Of a stretch of DNA of 64,000 bases, positions 20,985-30,358 are shown piece by piece. Position numbers and translations under genes: made by a program. Under the pieces are notes generated by a model, which did no database searches, was not told the DNA's origin, and saw only the letters and a list, made by a program, of their open reading frames with translations. Source of the DNA: a virus (taxonomy: Duplodnaviria > Caudoviricetes). Location of the stretch: IMG/VR virus record IMGVR_UViG_3300029705_000041; one strand, 5' to 3'. The number at the start of each line of letters is the position of its first letter. Within the stretch, counting starts at the first letter, position 1.

Positions 20985-21550
20985 ATAAGCCATATGATTC
21001 GGGGGTAATATGCGGCAGATTTCATACAGTGCATTTAGGACATGAGAAAATGTTTAATACAGGTTTAATGTTATGTGATAGATTGCTTATCCTTGTTGGT
21101 AGTTCCCAGGAATGCGGAACCGAAAGAAATCCTTTAAATATTAATACAAGAACAAAAATGCTGAAGGAAATATTTGGAGATAATCCTAATGTTATGATTT
21201 ATGGTTTGCCGGATTTGACAAACGAAAATGATATTTGTCCGGAATGGGGTAGATACTTACTTTCAAATGTTGATAGGTATATTTTCAAAAATCCGGAGAT
21301 TATGATTTATGGTAATGACGAAAGTAGAAGTGACTGGTTTGATAAAAAGGATTTAAAATATACATCAGAGTTAATTATTAATAGACATGAACTTCCAATT
21401 TCTGCAACAATGCTTCGTAAGTATATGGCAGAAGATAATAGAAAAGAATGGATGAAATATGTTAATCCAAAACTTCACAAAATGTATGATGAAATTCGCA
21501 GAGAATTAATGACCATAGAATATTATCAAAAACTTGCACAAAAGTCGTAA
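20981..21550 (+). CDS. nicotinamide/nicotinate mononucleotide adenylyltransferase (NadM-type)
   Basis: GRFHTVHLGH (HxGH), GSSQ..RNPL, ISAT motifs. Confidence 0.85.
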   Translation: MNKPYDSGVICGRFHTVHLGHEKMFNTGLMLCDRLLILVGSSQECGTERNPLNINTRTKMLKEIFGDNPNVMIYGLPDLTNENDICPEWGRYLLSNVDRYIFKNPEIMIYGNDESRSDWFDKKDLKYTSELIINRHELPISATMLRKYMAEDNRKEWMKYVNPKLHKMYDEIRRELMTIEYYQKLAQKS

Positions 21551-21565
21551 AGGAGAGAGTAAAAA

Positions 21566-23122
21566 ATGAGTAAAACAAATCCAATGCTTTTAATTGATTT
21601 TTACAAAGCTGTACACGCAGAGATGCTTCCGAAGGGCATTACGAAATCGGTATCTTATTACACTCCCAGAATGAGTAGAGTGAAAAGATGGGATAAGGTA
21701 GTAATGTTCGGATTGCAAGGTTTTATAAAGACATACCTTATTGATTATTTCAATAATGAGTTTTTCAATAGACCTTTTAAAGAAGTGATGTTTGAATATA
21801 AAAGAATTATGGATGCAACCTTGGGTGAAGATACTTATAGTATTAAGAAGATTATTGATTTGCATAAACTTGGATATTTACCAATCGAAATTGTAGCATT
21901 ACCTGAAGGTGCAAGAGTGCCGATGCACGTACCCATGTTCGGAATTACTAATACACATGAAGATTTTGCATGGTTGCCGCAAGCTCTTGAAAGTTTGATT
22001 TCCGCTGAAAGTTGGCATCCGATGATTGCAGCCACAGTGGGATATACTTATAGAGAAGTTGTTAATAAGTATTACGACTTAACTTGTGATGATGATATTC
22101 CGAGAGCTAGGGCGCTTGGTGCATTTGATTTTCGTGGTGAAGAATGCTTGGAGTCAGCAGTAAAAGCTGGTGCCGGTTGGTGTTTATCGTTTTTAAATAC
22201 TGCTACAGTTCCGACTATTCCATATCTTGAACAGAATTATAATTGTGATTGCACAAAAGAAGCCGTAGCATATGGTTCACCATCAACTGAACATTCAGTT
22301 ATGTGTAGTAATTATGCTGTAGACGGAGATGAAGAAACACTGTTAAGAAGATTGCTTACCGAAATTTATCCTAATACAAGTTTTTCTTGTGTATTGGATA
22401 GTTATGATTACTGGAATGTTATTGACAACATTTTACCAAAACTTAAAGATGAAATTCTCAATCATAATGGCTGTATGCTGATGCGTGGAGATTCCGGAGA
22501 TTGTGTAGAAGTTGTAACACAAACCGTATTTAAGTTATGGGAACAGTTCGGCGGTACTATCAATTCAAAAGGTTATAAAGTTCTCAATCCTCATGTTAAG
22601 GCAATTTATGGTGATAGTATTACAATTCAAAGATGTGAAAAGATTTATCAGATTTTAATGGATAATGGATTTGCTTGTTCAAACGTTGCACTTGGTGTAG
22701 GTTCATTCTCTTTTCAGTGCATAGAAGAAGAAAAAGAATTTATTATTTCTTTAAAAGATGGAACAATTGTTGATGAATATATTGAGGGAGAAACAGTGCG
22801 TGTAGCAGCAAATCTCTTATCACCTTTTACTAGAGATACATTTAGTTCTTGTATTAAAGCAACATACTGCGAAATTAATGGAGAACCATATCCTATTTTC
22901 AAAAATCCTAAAGATGGTGGTTTTAAGAAATCTCAAAAGGGATGTTGTGTTGTATGGTGGGATTATGAAAAAAATGAATTTAAACATTATGATGGATATA
23001 CATGGGAAGAAGCAAAAAAAGATTCTATGAATGAATTGCTTACTGTATTCAAGGATGGTATTCTTATCGAGGAACAATCATTGCAAGATATAAGAGGTAG
23101 ATTACACGGAGGCAAGTTTTAA
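21566..23122 (+). CDS. nicotinamide phosphoribosyltransferase family (NAMPT/NadV; Namat-like)
   Basis: DFYKAVH, DFRG, STEHSVM, LDSYD, RGDSG, IYGDSIT, TRDT..KAT, KKSQKG. Confidence 0.9.
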   Translation: MSKTNPMLLIDFYKAVHAEMLPKGITKSVSYYTPRMSRVKRWDKVVMFGLQGFIKTYLIDYFNNEFFNRPFKEVMFEYKRIMDATLGEDTYSIKKIIDLHKLGYLPIEIVALPEGARVPMHVPMFGITNTHEDFAWLPQALESLISAESWHPMIAATVGYTYREVVNKYYDLTCDDDIPRARALGAFDFRGEECLESAVKAGAGWCLSFLNTATVPTIPYLEQNYNCDCTKEAVAYGSPSTEHSVMCSNYAVDGDEETLLRRLLTEIYPNTSFSCVLDSYDYWNVIDNILPKLKDEILNHNGCMLMRGDSGDCVEVVTQTVFKLWEQFGGTINSKGYKVLNPHVKAIYGDSITIQRCEKIYQILMDNGFACSNVALGVGSFSFQCIEEEKEFIISLKDGTIVDEYIEGETVRVAANLLSPFTRDTFSSCIKATYCEINGEPYPIFKNPKDGGFKKSQKGCCVVWWDYEKNEFKHYDGYTWEEAKKDSMNELLTVFKDGILIEEQSLQDIRGRLHGGKF

Positions 23123-23559
23123 TGATTAATGTTTTTGATGGCGAATATGCTTTTTTGAGTAATTTTTATGAGTGTGAAGTTACATACAATGGACTTAGCT
23201 ATAAAAATAGTGAAGCAGCTTTTCACGCACAAAAAACATTGGATGAAACCGAAAGAGAAAAATTCATAAATCTTAATCCGTCTGTTTCAAAAAAGTTGGG
23301 AAGAAAAATTGCTTTGAGGGATGATTGGGAAGATGTAAAAACAAAAATCATGTACGAAATTTGTTATGCTAAATTTTCTCAAAATCCAAACCTTAAAAAT
23401 AAACTTCTTGCAACTGGTGACGAATATCTTGAAGAAGGAACATATTGGCATGACAACTATTGGGGTAACTGTTACTGTGAGAAATGCAAGGATATTAAAG
23501 GCGAAAATAAACTTGGAATGATTCTTATGAAAATAAGAGAGGAATTAAAAAATGATTAA
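23122..23559 (+). CDS. NADAR family protein
   Basis: FLSNFY, SEAAFHAQK, KFSQN, LLATG, WG...GENKLG. Confidence 0.9.
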   Translation: MINVFDGEYAFLSNFYECEVTYNGLSYKNSEAAFHAQKTLDETEREKFINLNPSVSKKLGRKIALRDDWEDVKTKIMYEICYAKFSQNPNLKNKLLATGDEYLEEGTYWHDNYWGNCYCEKCKDIKGENKLGMILMKIREELKND

Positions 23560-24040
23560 GCATATTAAATGTGATATATTTGAATCTGGGGCAGATTATA
23601 TCTGCCACCAGGTCAATTGTCAAGGACAAATGAATTCCGGAATTGCAAAGCAAGTAAAAGATAGATTTCCATGGGTGTATAACAATTATAAAGAATTGTG
23701 CGATAGAGAGTTTAGAAACCCATCTAACTTATTAGGTTTTGTACAGCCGGCAGCACTTGCTAATGGCATAGATGATTCAGATAATCAGACCATAATAATG
23801 AATCTGTTTGCACAAGAAAATTTCGGCTATGATGGTAAATGCTATACTGATTATACTTCTTTAAAGAAATGCTTGGAAATGGTTAAATTAGTTTGCGAAA
23901 GGAAAACTAAAATTGCAATACCATATCTTATGGGATGTCATCGTGGCGGTGGTGATTGGAATATAGTTTACAAAATGATTGAAGAAATTTTTGCAAATAG
24001 TGATTGCGAAGTGTTGATTTGCGAATATAATGGAGGTTGA
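23552..24040 (+). CDS. macro domain protein
   Basis: CDIF, HQVNC.G.MNSGIA, NLFAQ, IAIPY.MGC.RGGGDW. Confidence 0.9.
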   Translation: MIKHIKCDIFESGADYICHQVNCQGQMNSGIAKQVKDRFPWVYNNYKELCDREFRNPSNLLGFVQPAALANGIDDSDNQTIIMNLFAQENFGYDGKCYTDYTSLKKCLEMVKLVCERKTKIAIPYLMGCHRGGGDWNIVYKMIEEIFANSDCEVLICEYNGG

Positions 24041-24134
24041 ATATATATGGGTACATATGTTCTTTTATTTATTTTTGGTGGACTGATAGGCTTTCTTGTA
24101 GGATATAACATAAATCATTAAGAGGTGAAAAAAT

Positions 24135-24896
24135 ATGTTTGATGCAGTAAAAGTAAAAAATGAATGTGTGCAGTGGATTAAAGAGTTTTTTGACAATAAT
24201 GGGAAAGAGTGCAATGCCGTAATAGGCATTTCTGGTGGAAAGGATTCAACTGTTGCAGCCGCACTTTGTGTAGAAGCTCTTGGAAAAGATAGAGTTATTG
24301 GTGTGCTTATGCCAAATGGTGAGCAAAAAGATATTAATGATGCGTTAATGGTTGTGGAGCATCTAAAAATTAAATATACACTTGTAAATATCAATGAGGC
24401 ATACAATGGTTTATTGGATTGTATTGATGATATGTATATTCCGGAAATTGATGGCTATAACGAAATAAAAATATCAAATCAAACTTTGATTAATTTGCCA
24501 CCCAGAATTCGCATGGCAACACTCTATGCCATATCTCAAAGTGCAAATGGTAGAGTTGTAAATACTTGTAATTTATCAGAAGATTGGGTAGGTTATTCTA
24601 CACGATATGGAGATTCAGTTGGAGATTTTAGTCCACTTTCAAAACTAACAAGTGATGAAGTAGTTGCAATTGGTGATGAATGCGGTTTACCATATGAACT
24701 TACACATAAAATACCTTCAGACGGATTGTGTGGTAAGACAGACGAAGAAAATCTTGGTTTTACGTATGAAGTTTTGAATAAATATATTCGCACCGGTGTA
24801 TGTGAAGATGAAAATATTAAGAAAAGAATTGACCGATTGCATAGTATGAATTTGTTTAAATTACAACTTATGCCATGTTTTGAATATGAGGGATAA
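24135..24896 (+). CDS. nadE: NH3-dependent NAD+ synthetase
   Basis: GISGGKDS, RIRMATLY, TCNLSE..VGYSTRYGD, PSDGL..TDEENLG. Confidence 0.92.
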   Translation: MFDAVKVKNECVQWIKEFFDNNGKECNAVIGISGGKDSTVAAALCVEALGKDRVIGVLMPNGEQKDINDALMVVEHLKIKYTLVNINEAYNGLLDCIDDMYIPEIDGYNEIKISNQTLINLPPRIRMATLYAISQSANGRVVNTCNLSEDWVGYSTRYGDSVGDFSPLSKLTSDEVVAIGDECGLPYELTHKIPSDGLCGKTDEENLGFTYEVLNKYIRTGVCEDENIKKRIDRLHSMNLFKLQLMPCFEYEG

Positions 24897-25090
24897 AAAT
24901 GCAAAGAACAATTGAAAATTGCACACTAATAAAGAAAGGTATAAAGCAAGGTATTGGAGAACCAACACGATTTTATAACGTGAATAAATGCGAGGGTTAT
25001 GCAAAAAGCGAAGTTGACGATGAACCTTGTGAACAATGTAAAAAATGTAAATTTTGCATATACAAAGAATATTAAAAAGGAGATGAGAAT

Positions 25091-25954
25091 ATGCCTGTTA
25101 ATGATGAACTTAGTATTAGAATGAAAGGTTTTTACGAAAACATATCAAAAACAAAATTAATGAGAAGAACGCCTGTCGCTATAAGAATAGATGGAAAGGC
25201 ATTCCACACTTTTACAAGAGGAATGATGAGACCATTTGATAATATCCTTATAAAGTCCATGCAGGAAACCATGAAATATTTGTGCGAAAATATTCAGGGT
25301 TGTGTTTTAGGATATACTCAATCAGATGAAATCACGCTGATTCTTGTGGATTACAAGAAAATAGATAGTAGTGCATGGTTTGACTATAAAGTGCAAAAGA
25401 TGTGCAGTATCGCAGCAAGTATGGCTACAATGGCATTTAATAAATTTTTTGAAAAGAATGCAAAAGAAATTATAGAAGTAAATGCTTATGGCTTCCCTTA
25501 TAAACCATTAGAAAAGATTCCGGAAGAAATATATGATGATGAATATATCGAAACTTTGAAAAAAGCTATCGAAAAGGGTGCTATGTTTGATGCCAGATGT
25601 TTTAATATTCCAAAAGAAGAAGTAACGAATTTGATATATTGGAGACAATTGGATGCAACAAGAAATAGTATTCAAATGGTTGGTCAGGCGAATTTTTCAG
25701 ATAAAGAACTTTACGAAAAATCACGCAGCGACATTCAAGATATGCTGATGTTGCAAAAGGGTATAAATTGGAATGATTTTCCTACATACCAGAAAAGAGG
25801 AAGTTGTTGTATTAAGAAGATTATTCAAGATAAACGATTTGATGCAAAAGACGGAGCATATCCGGTTTCAAAGTGGGTAATAGATACCGAAATACCAATA
25901 TTTAAGGGTGATGGCAGACAATATATTGATGAATTAATTTATGTGGGAGAATAA
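25091..25954 (+). CDS. tRNA(His) guanylyltransferase Thg1 family (3'-5' polymerase)
   Basis: RIDGKAFHTFT, YTQSDEI, FDAR, WRQ.DA.RNSI. Confidence 0.9.
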   Translation: MPVNDELSIRMKGFYENISKTKLMRRTPVAIRIDGKAFHTFTRGMMRPFDNILIKSMQETMKYLCENIQGCVLGYTQSDEITLILVDYKKIDSSAWFDYKVQKMCSIAASMATMAFNKFFEKNAKEIIEVNAYGFPYKPLEKIPEEIYDDEYIETLKKAIEKGAMFDARCFNIPKEEVTNLIYWRQLDATRNSIQMVGQANFSDKELYEKSRSDIQDMLMLQKGINWNDFPTYQKRGSCCIKKIIQDKRFDAKDGAYPVSKWVIDTEIPIFKGDGRQYIDELIYVGE

Positions 25955-25957
25955 ACA

Positions 25958-26392
25958 ATGAGTTATAGACGTTTATTTATAATGCGAAAAGATTTGAATA
26001 TGTCTGTTGGAAAATTGCTTGCACAAACTTGTCATTGTGCAGAAGCGTATTGGACAAATGGTTTAAGACAACATTGCAAACTTATAGAAGATGAATCTGT
26101 GTACTCTTGCAATATAACAATATCAAGAGAAATTTTTGAGCAGTATATAAACAATTCTTTCACCAAAACAATTTGTGCAGCAAAAAATAAAAACCACTTA
26201 CTTAAAGCAAAAATAATTGCCGAGGAATTAGGGTTGGAAGAAAATGTTCATTTTGGAATGATTTATGACAATTGTTTAACTGAACTTGAACCGGAAGAAG
26301 AAAATGGAACCACTTTAACAGGAATTTGGTTTAGTCCATTAAATGATGAGATAACACATACAATAAGTAAAAAATATCAATTATATAAATAA
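25958..26392 (+). CDS. peptidyl-tRNA hydrolase Pth2-like
   Basis: RKDLNMSVGKLLAQTCH, K.I, D..LTEL, T.T motifs. Confidence 0.75.
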   Translation: MSYRRLFIMRKDLNMSVGKLLAQTCHCAEAYWTNGLRQHCKLIEDESVYSCNITISREIFEQYINNSFTKTICAAKNKNHLLKAKIIAEELGLEENVHFGMIYDNCLTELEPEEENGTTLTGIWFSPLNDEITHTISKKYQLYK

Positions 26393-26399
26393 TTTTTAA

Positions 26400-26478
26400 A
26401 AAATAATTCAGAAAAAGTATTGACAAATTGATAATGATGTGCTATACTATTTATAGATAAGACAGAAAAAGTCTTGAA
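26400..26478 (+). promoter_or_regulatory. repeated-family promoter driving DGR cassette
   Basis: TTGACA(26420)-17bp-TATACT(26443); second AGACAGAAAAAGTCTTGA copy downstream. Confidence 0.8.
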
Positions 26479-26501
26479 TAAATATATAAAGGAGAAACAA
26501 T

Positions 26502-27107
26502 ATGGAAATTAATGTTATTAATAATGTACCAAATGTAAAAGTTACTGTAAACAAATCAGAGAATGGTTTTGCAATTCTGTTGGCAGAAGAAATTGTTAAG
26601 AAACTCGGAGATGTAAAACCTGGAGAAACAGTTACTCTTGGCAATCGTGAATACATTGTACTTGGTCATGGAGAAGATACAACGGCAGTTATTACAAAGA
26701 ACTTTACAACTGAAATGAAATTTGGTGAAAACAATGATTACAGAGAAAGTAATGTTCGTAAATATTGCAATAATGAATTCTATAAAGAACTTGTAGCAGC
26801 TGTTGGAAGCGAAAATATCATTCAGCATACAGTAAGATTAACAGCGGATGATGGCACAAATAAAGGTGTTGTGTGTAAAGATAATGTGTCTATTCTTACA
26901 ACAGAACTATATCGTAGATATAGAGAATATCTTCCGGCATATGGTGATTGGTGGTGGACAGCTACACCGGTAAATTCTGATGATTCTGATTACTCTCGTG
27001 GCGTTTGCTGTGTCGTTTCCAGTGGTGTTCTTAGCTGGGTTGGCTGTGGCTGTTGCGGCGGTGTTCGTCCGTTTTGTATCTTGAATTCTTCAATCTCAAT
27101 TTCTTGA
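26502..27107 (+). CDS. DGR target protein 1 (CLec-like C-terminal variable domain)
   Basis: WWWTATP...GVRPF; 3' end contains VR1. Confidence 0.9.
   Translation: MEINVINNVPNVKVTVNKSENGFAILLAEEIVKKLGDVKPGETVTLGNREYIVLGHGEDTTAVITKNFTTEMKFGENNDYRESNVRKYCNNEFYKELVAAVGSENIIQHTVRLTADDGTNKGVVCKDNVSILTTELYRRYREYLPAYGDWWWTATPVNSDDSDYSRGVCCVVSSGVLSWVGCGCCGGVRPFCILNSSISIS
26994..27073 (+). repeat. DGR variable repeat VR1
   Basis: 80-bp match to TR with 15 mismatches, all at TR adenines. Confidence 0.95.
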
Positions 27108-27120
27108 ACCAATCAAAAGT

Positions 27121-27486
27121 ATGAGTGAAGATATAAAATTTGAAATAGGAAATAAGGCAGAACAACTATTGTTTAGCGTTTTCGATATAACAACAAATCG
27201 AAATCACTATCCTGTAAAATTCCGGCGCTTATCCGACAAATTACAAGAGTATGCGCTTGATATACATAGCGATGTTTTAGATGCAAATTCATTTAAAACA
27301 GATTCTCCATTACATAAAGCAAAAAGATATGATTTGCAAACAAGTGCTATTACAAAGTGCAATAAATTTTTGAGCTTGACAAAATATAGTTTGCACGCTC
27401 ATTTGATAAGTTTTGCTACAAGTGAATCATGGACTAATTTAGTACATGACATAAAATTTATGACACTTGCCTGGAGGAAGTCCTGA
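27121..27486 (+). CDS. avd: DGR accessory variability determinant (Avd-like four-helix bundle)
   Basis: 121 aa helical protein between target and TR; YP..FR, AN, R..LQ..A, W motifs. Confidence 0.8.
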   Translation: MSEDIKFEIGNKAEQLLFSVFDITTNRNHYPVKFRRLSDKLQEYALDIHSDVLDANSFKTDSPLHKAKRYDLQTSAITKCNKFLSLTKYSLHAHLISFATSESWTNLVHDIKFMTLAWRKS

Positions 27487-27510
27487 TTTGTTTTTAGGCT
27501 ATATGCTGTA

Positions 27511-27590
27511 TCTCGTAACGTTTGCTATGTCAATTCCAATGGTATTCTTAACTGGAATGACTGTGACTATTGCAACGGTGTTCGTCCGTT
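27511..27590 (+). repeat. DGR template repeat TR
   Basis: AAC/AAT-rich copy of VR1/VR2; flanks AGGCTATATGCT (27496) and AGCATATAACCT (27657) can pair. Confidence 0.95.
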
Positions 27591-27680
27591 CTGGTGGATT
27601 TGTGAGGTCTATAAGTTGTTTTTACAACTAAAAGGAGTGCGCCACATCATCAAAAGAGCATATAACCTTTCTCGTATATT

Positions 27681-29123
27681 ATGCGAGATAAATACAAATG
27701 TTTTAGATATATGGAAGATATTAAGAAATTATTAGACTTTCAAAATCTGTATAACTCTTATAAGGTTTCACTTAAAGGAAAAGGCAAAAAGAAAAGTGCA
27801 GCTAAGTTTAGCATTATGGCATTAGAAAATTTATGTTTGATGAAACGTCAGATTATAAATCGAACATATAAAATTTCGCCATATAATGAATTTATAGTAA
27901 GTGAACCCAAAAAGAGAGTTATCAAATCAGGTTCATTCAGAGATAAGGTTTTACAACATTGCCTATGTGATTATGTATTACTTCCCAAAATGAAAGATAT
28001 TTTTATAAAGGATAATTATGCTGGTCAAATAGGCAAAGGAACCTTATTCGGCTTAAATCGTTTGTCAGAAAACTTATCTTTGTTTTATGAAAAGTATGGA
28101 TATGATGGTTTTATATTAAAATGTGATATAACCAAATTCTTTTACAGTATAAATCACAAAGTAATGAAAGAAGCAATTAGCCATTACTTTTCTGATGATA
28201 GCATCCAATGGATTTGTAATTTATTTATTGATAGTGTAGATGGAGATGGTTTACCTTTAGGGAATCAGTGTAGTCAGGTATTTGCATTAATATATTTAAC
28301 TGGATTAGACTACTTTATTACCGAAACTCTAGGATGTAAATATTACGGTAGATATATGGATGATTTTTATTTAATTTCTGATAATAAAGAATATTTACAA
28401 AATGCTTTAAAAGAAATTAAAACATATTTAAAAAGTTTACATTTAACATTAAATCATAAAACGGAAATAGTTCCATTAAAAAAAGGAATTCGTTTTTTAG
28501 GGTTTCATACATACATCACTGAAAAAGGTAAGGTAATAAGAAAGCTAACAGGAGATAATAAAAGGCAAATTAAGAAAAGGCTTAGAAAATATGTAAAGTT
28601 GATTCAACAAGGTAAAATGACGAGAAGAGAGTTCAACGAAAAATACGAAGCATGGAAAAATCATGCATCTCATGGCAACTGTTATAAGTTGATTTGTAGC
28701 ATGGATAAGTTTGTAGAAGAATTATTTGAGGAAAAGAAAATGGAAAAAAGGATTATTATTGCCGGTAGTAGAGATTTTAACGATTATGATTATTTAAAAG
28801 AGTCAATTAATCAATTTATCGAAACCAAAGAAAATATTTGTATTATAAGTGGTGCGGCACGTGGAGCTGATACACTTGGAGAAAAATATGCAGAAGAATA
28901 TAAATTAAAGTTGCAGCGTTTTATTCCGAAATGGGATAAATATGGTCGTGGAGCAGGATATAAAAGAAATCTTGAAATGTTAGAATTTGCAACGCAGCCA
29001 GGAACTGAAGGAATATTAATTGCATTTTGGGATGGCAAAAGTAAAGGAACAAAACATATGATAGATTCTGCTAAAAGAAAAGGTATAATAGTGAAAGTTT
29101 TTGATTTTCAAAAGGAAGAATAA
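27681..29123 (+). CDS. DGR reverse transcriptase with in-frame C-terminal SLOG (DUF2493/YspA-like) domain
   Basis: FRDKVLQH, KCDITKFF.SI, GLPLGNQCSQ, YGRYMDDF, FLGF; from Met354 (28740) IIIAGSRDF..SGAARGAD..RN..AFWDGKSKGT. Confidence 0.9.
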   Translation: MRDKYKCFRYMEDIKKLLDFQNLYNSYKVSLKGKGKKKSAAKFSIMALENLCLMKRQIINRTYKISPYNEFIVSEPKKRVIKSGSFRDKVLQHCLCDYVLLPKMKDIFIKDNYAGQIGKGTLFGLNRLSENLSLFYEKYGYDGFILKCDITKFFYSINHKVMKEAISHYFSDDSIQWICNLFIDSVDGDGLPLGNQCSQVFALIYLTGLDYFITETLGCKYYGRYMDDFYLISDNKEYLQNALKEIKTYLKSLHLTLNHKTEIVPLKKGIRFLGFHTYITEKGKVIRKLTGDNKRQIKKRLRKYVKLIQQGKMTRREFNEKYEAWKNHASHGNCYKLICSMDKFVEELFEEKKMEKRIIIAGSRDFNDYDYLKESINQFIETKENICIISGAARGADTLGEKYAEEYKLKLQRFIPKWDKYGRGAGYKRNLEMLEFATQPGTEGILIAFWDGKSKGTKHMIDSAKRKGIIVKVFDFQKEE

Positions 29124-29126
29124 ATA

Positions 29127-30188
29127 ATGATAAAATTTATAGACAAGAAAAATCGTTTTGTGGAATTATTTAATCCCGAAACTGGATTTTATGTAAGGAG
29201 TGGAGTATATGATACAAATGGAAATGATACAGGTGTAGACCCATTTATGAGATGCTTCCCTTCGTTAATAGATATAGGAATAATGCAAAGGTGTGTATGT
29301 GCAAAAAATTGCAATGTAGATTGTTACCAGAAAGCAATAGACCGTTCCGGAAATAATATGAGTATTGCTGATTATGAACTGATTATGCAACAGTGTGAAA
29401 GAAAGGTTTTACAAGTTGCATTAGGGGGAGCTGGAGATGTAGATACACATGAAAACTTTGAAGAAATTTTAAAGTTGACAAGAAAATATAACATTATTCC
29501 TAACTTTACAACTTCTGGAATAGCAATGACACCTGAAAAAGCAAAAATTTGTAAAAAATATTGTGGAGCAATCGCAGTAAGTGAACATAACGCTGAATAT
29601 ACAGATAAAGCTATAGATATGCTTCTTGAAGCAGGAGTCAAAACAAATATTCATTATGTATTAAATAAAAAAACTATAGATGATGCGATATTTAAACTAA
29701 AGACAAATGGTTTTAAAAAAGGTATAAATGCAGTCGTGTTTTTATTATATAAACCAGTTGGATTAGGAAAAATAGAAAATATTCTTCTTCCGAATGAGAA
29801 GGTAAGGGAATTCTTTTCAGTAATTGATAATTATAAATTTCATCATAAAATTGGCTTTGACAGCTGCTCATGTCCTGGCATTGTTAATTATACTTCCAAA
29901 ATTGATTTTCAGAGTTTGGATTATTGCGAAGGCGCAAGACACAGTATGTATATAGATGCCAACTTAAATGCAATGCCGTGTTCTTTTGCAAATCAGAATC
30001 CATCGTATTTTGTAGATTTACGTAAATATTCAATTCAAGAAGCATGGGATAGTAAGATATTCGAGCAATTCAGGCATTCATTAAGAAATTCTTGCTTGAA
30101 ATGTAAAGACAGGGTAACTTGTGCAGGAGGATGCCCTATTTGTAGGGAAGTTGTGCTTTGCGATAGAGAAGAAAAGGAATTGATATAA
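29127..30188 (+). CDS. radical SAM protein with SPASM/twitch-like C-terminus
   Basis: CAKNCNVDCYQ (CX3CX3C variant), ALGGAG, C-terminal CEGA..PCS..CxxC...CAGGCP. Confidence 0.85.
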   Translation: MIKFIDKKNRFVELFNPETGFYVRSGVYDTNGNDTGVDPFMRCFPSLIDIGIMQRCVCAKNCNVDCYQKAIDRSGNNMSIADYELIMQQCERKVLQVALGGAGDVDTHENFEEILKLTRKYNIIPNFTTSGIAMTPEKAKICKKYCGAIAVSEHNAEYTDKAIDMLLEAGVKTNIHYVLNKKTIDDAIFKLKTNGFKKGINAVVFLLYKPVGLGKIENILLPNEKVREFFSVIDNYKFHHKIGFDSCSCPGIVNYTSKIDFQSLDYCEGARHSMYIDANLNAMPCSFANQNPSYFVDLRKYSIQEAWDSKIFEQFRHSLRNSCLKCKDRVTCAGGCPICREVVLCDREEKELI

Positions 30189-30358
30189 TGGAAAGGCTTA
30201 CATATAAATCACAAATGGGAGATTATGGTTCAGCAAAAGATTTTACAAATGAATTTGAAGAAAAATGTGCTTTAAGAAACGCATTAGGTAAATATGAAGA
30301 TTTAGGATATACGCCTGATGAATTGAAAAGGTTTTTACCAGAAACAAAGGAGTAAGAA

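Larger units (their letters stand above)
26502..29123 (+). mobile_element. diversity-generating retroelement (target-avd-TR-RT)
   Basis: all canonical components in canonical order. Confidence 0.93.

Noticed and set aside
27681-29123. Group II intron or retron RT
   Set aside because: The adjacent avd, TR and adenine-specific VRs define a DGR; no intron domain V or msr/msd was seen.
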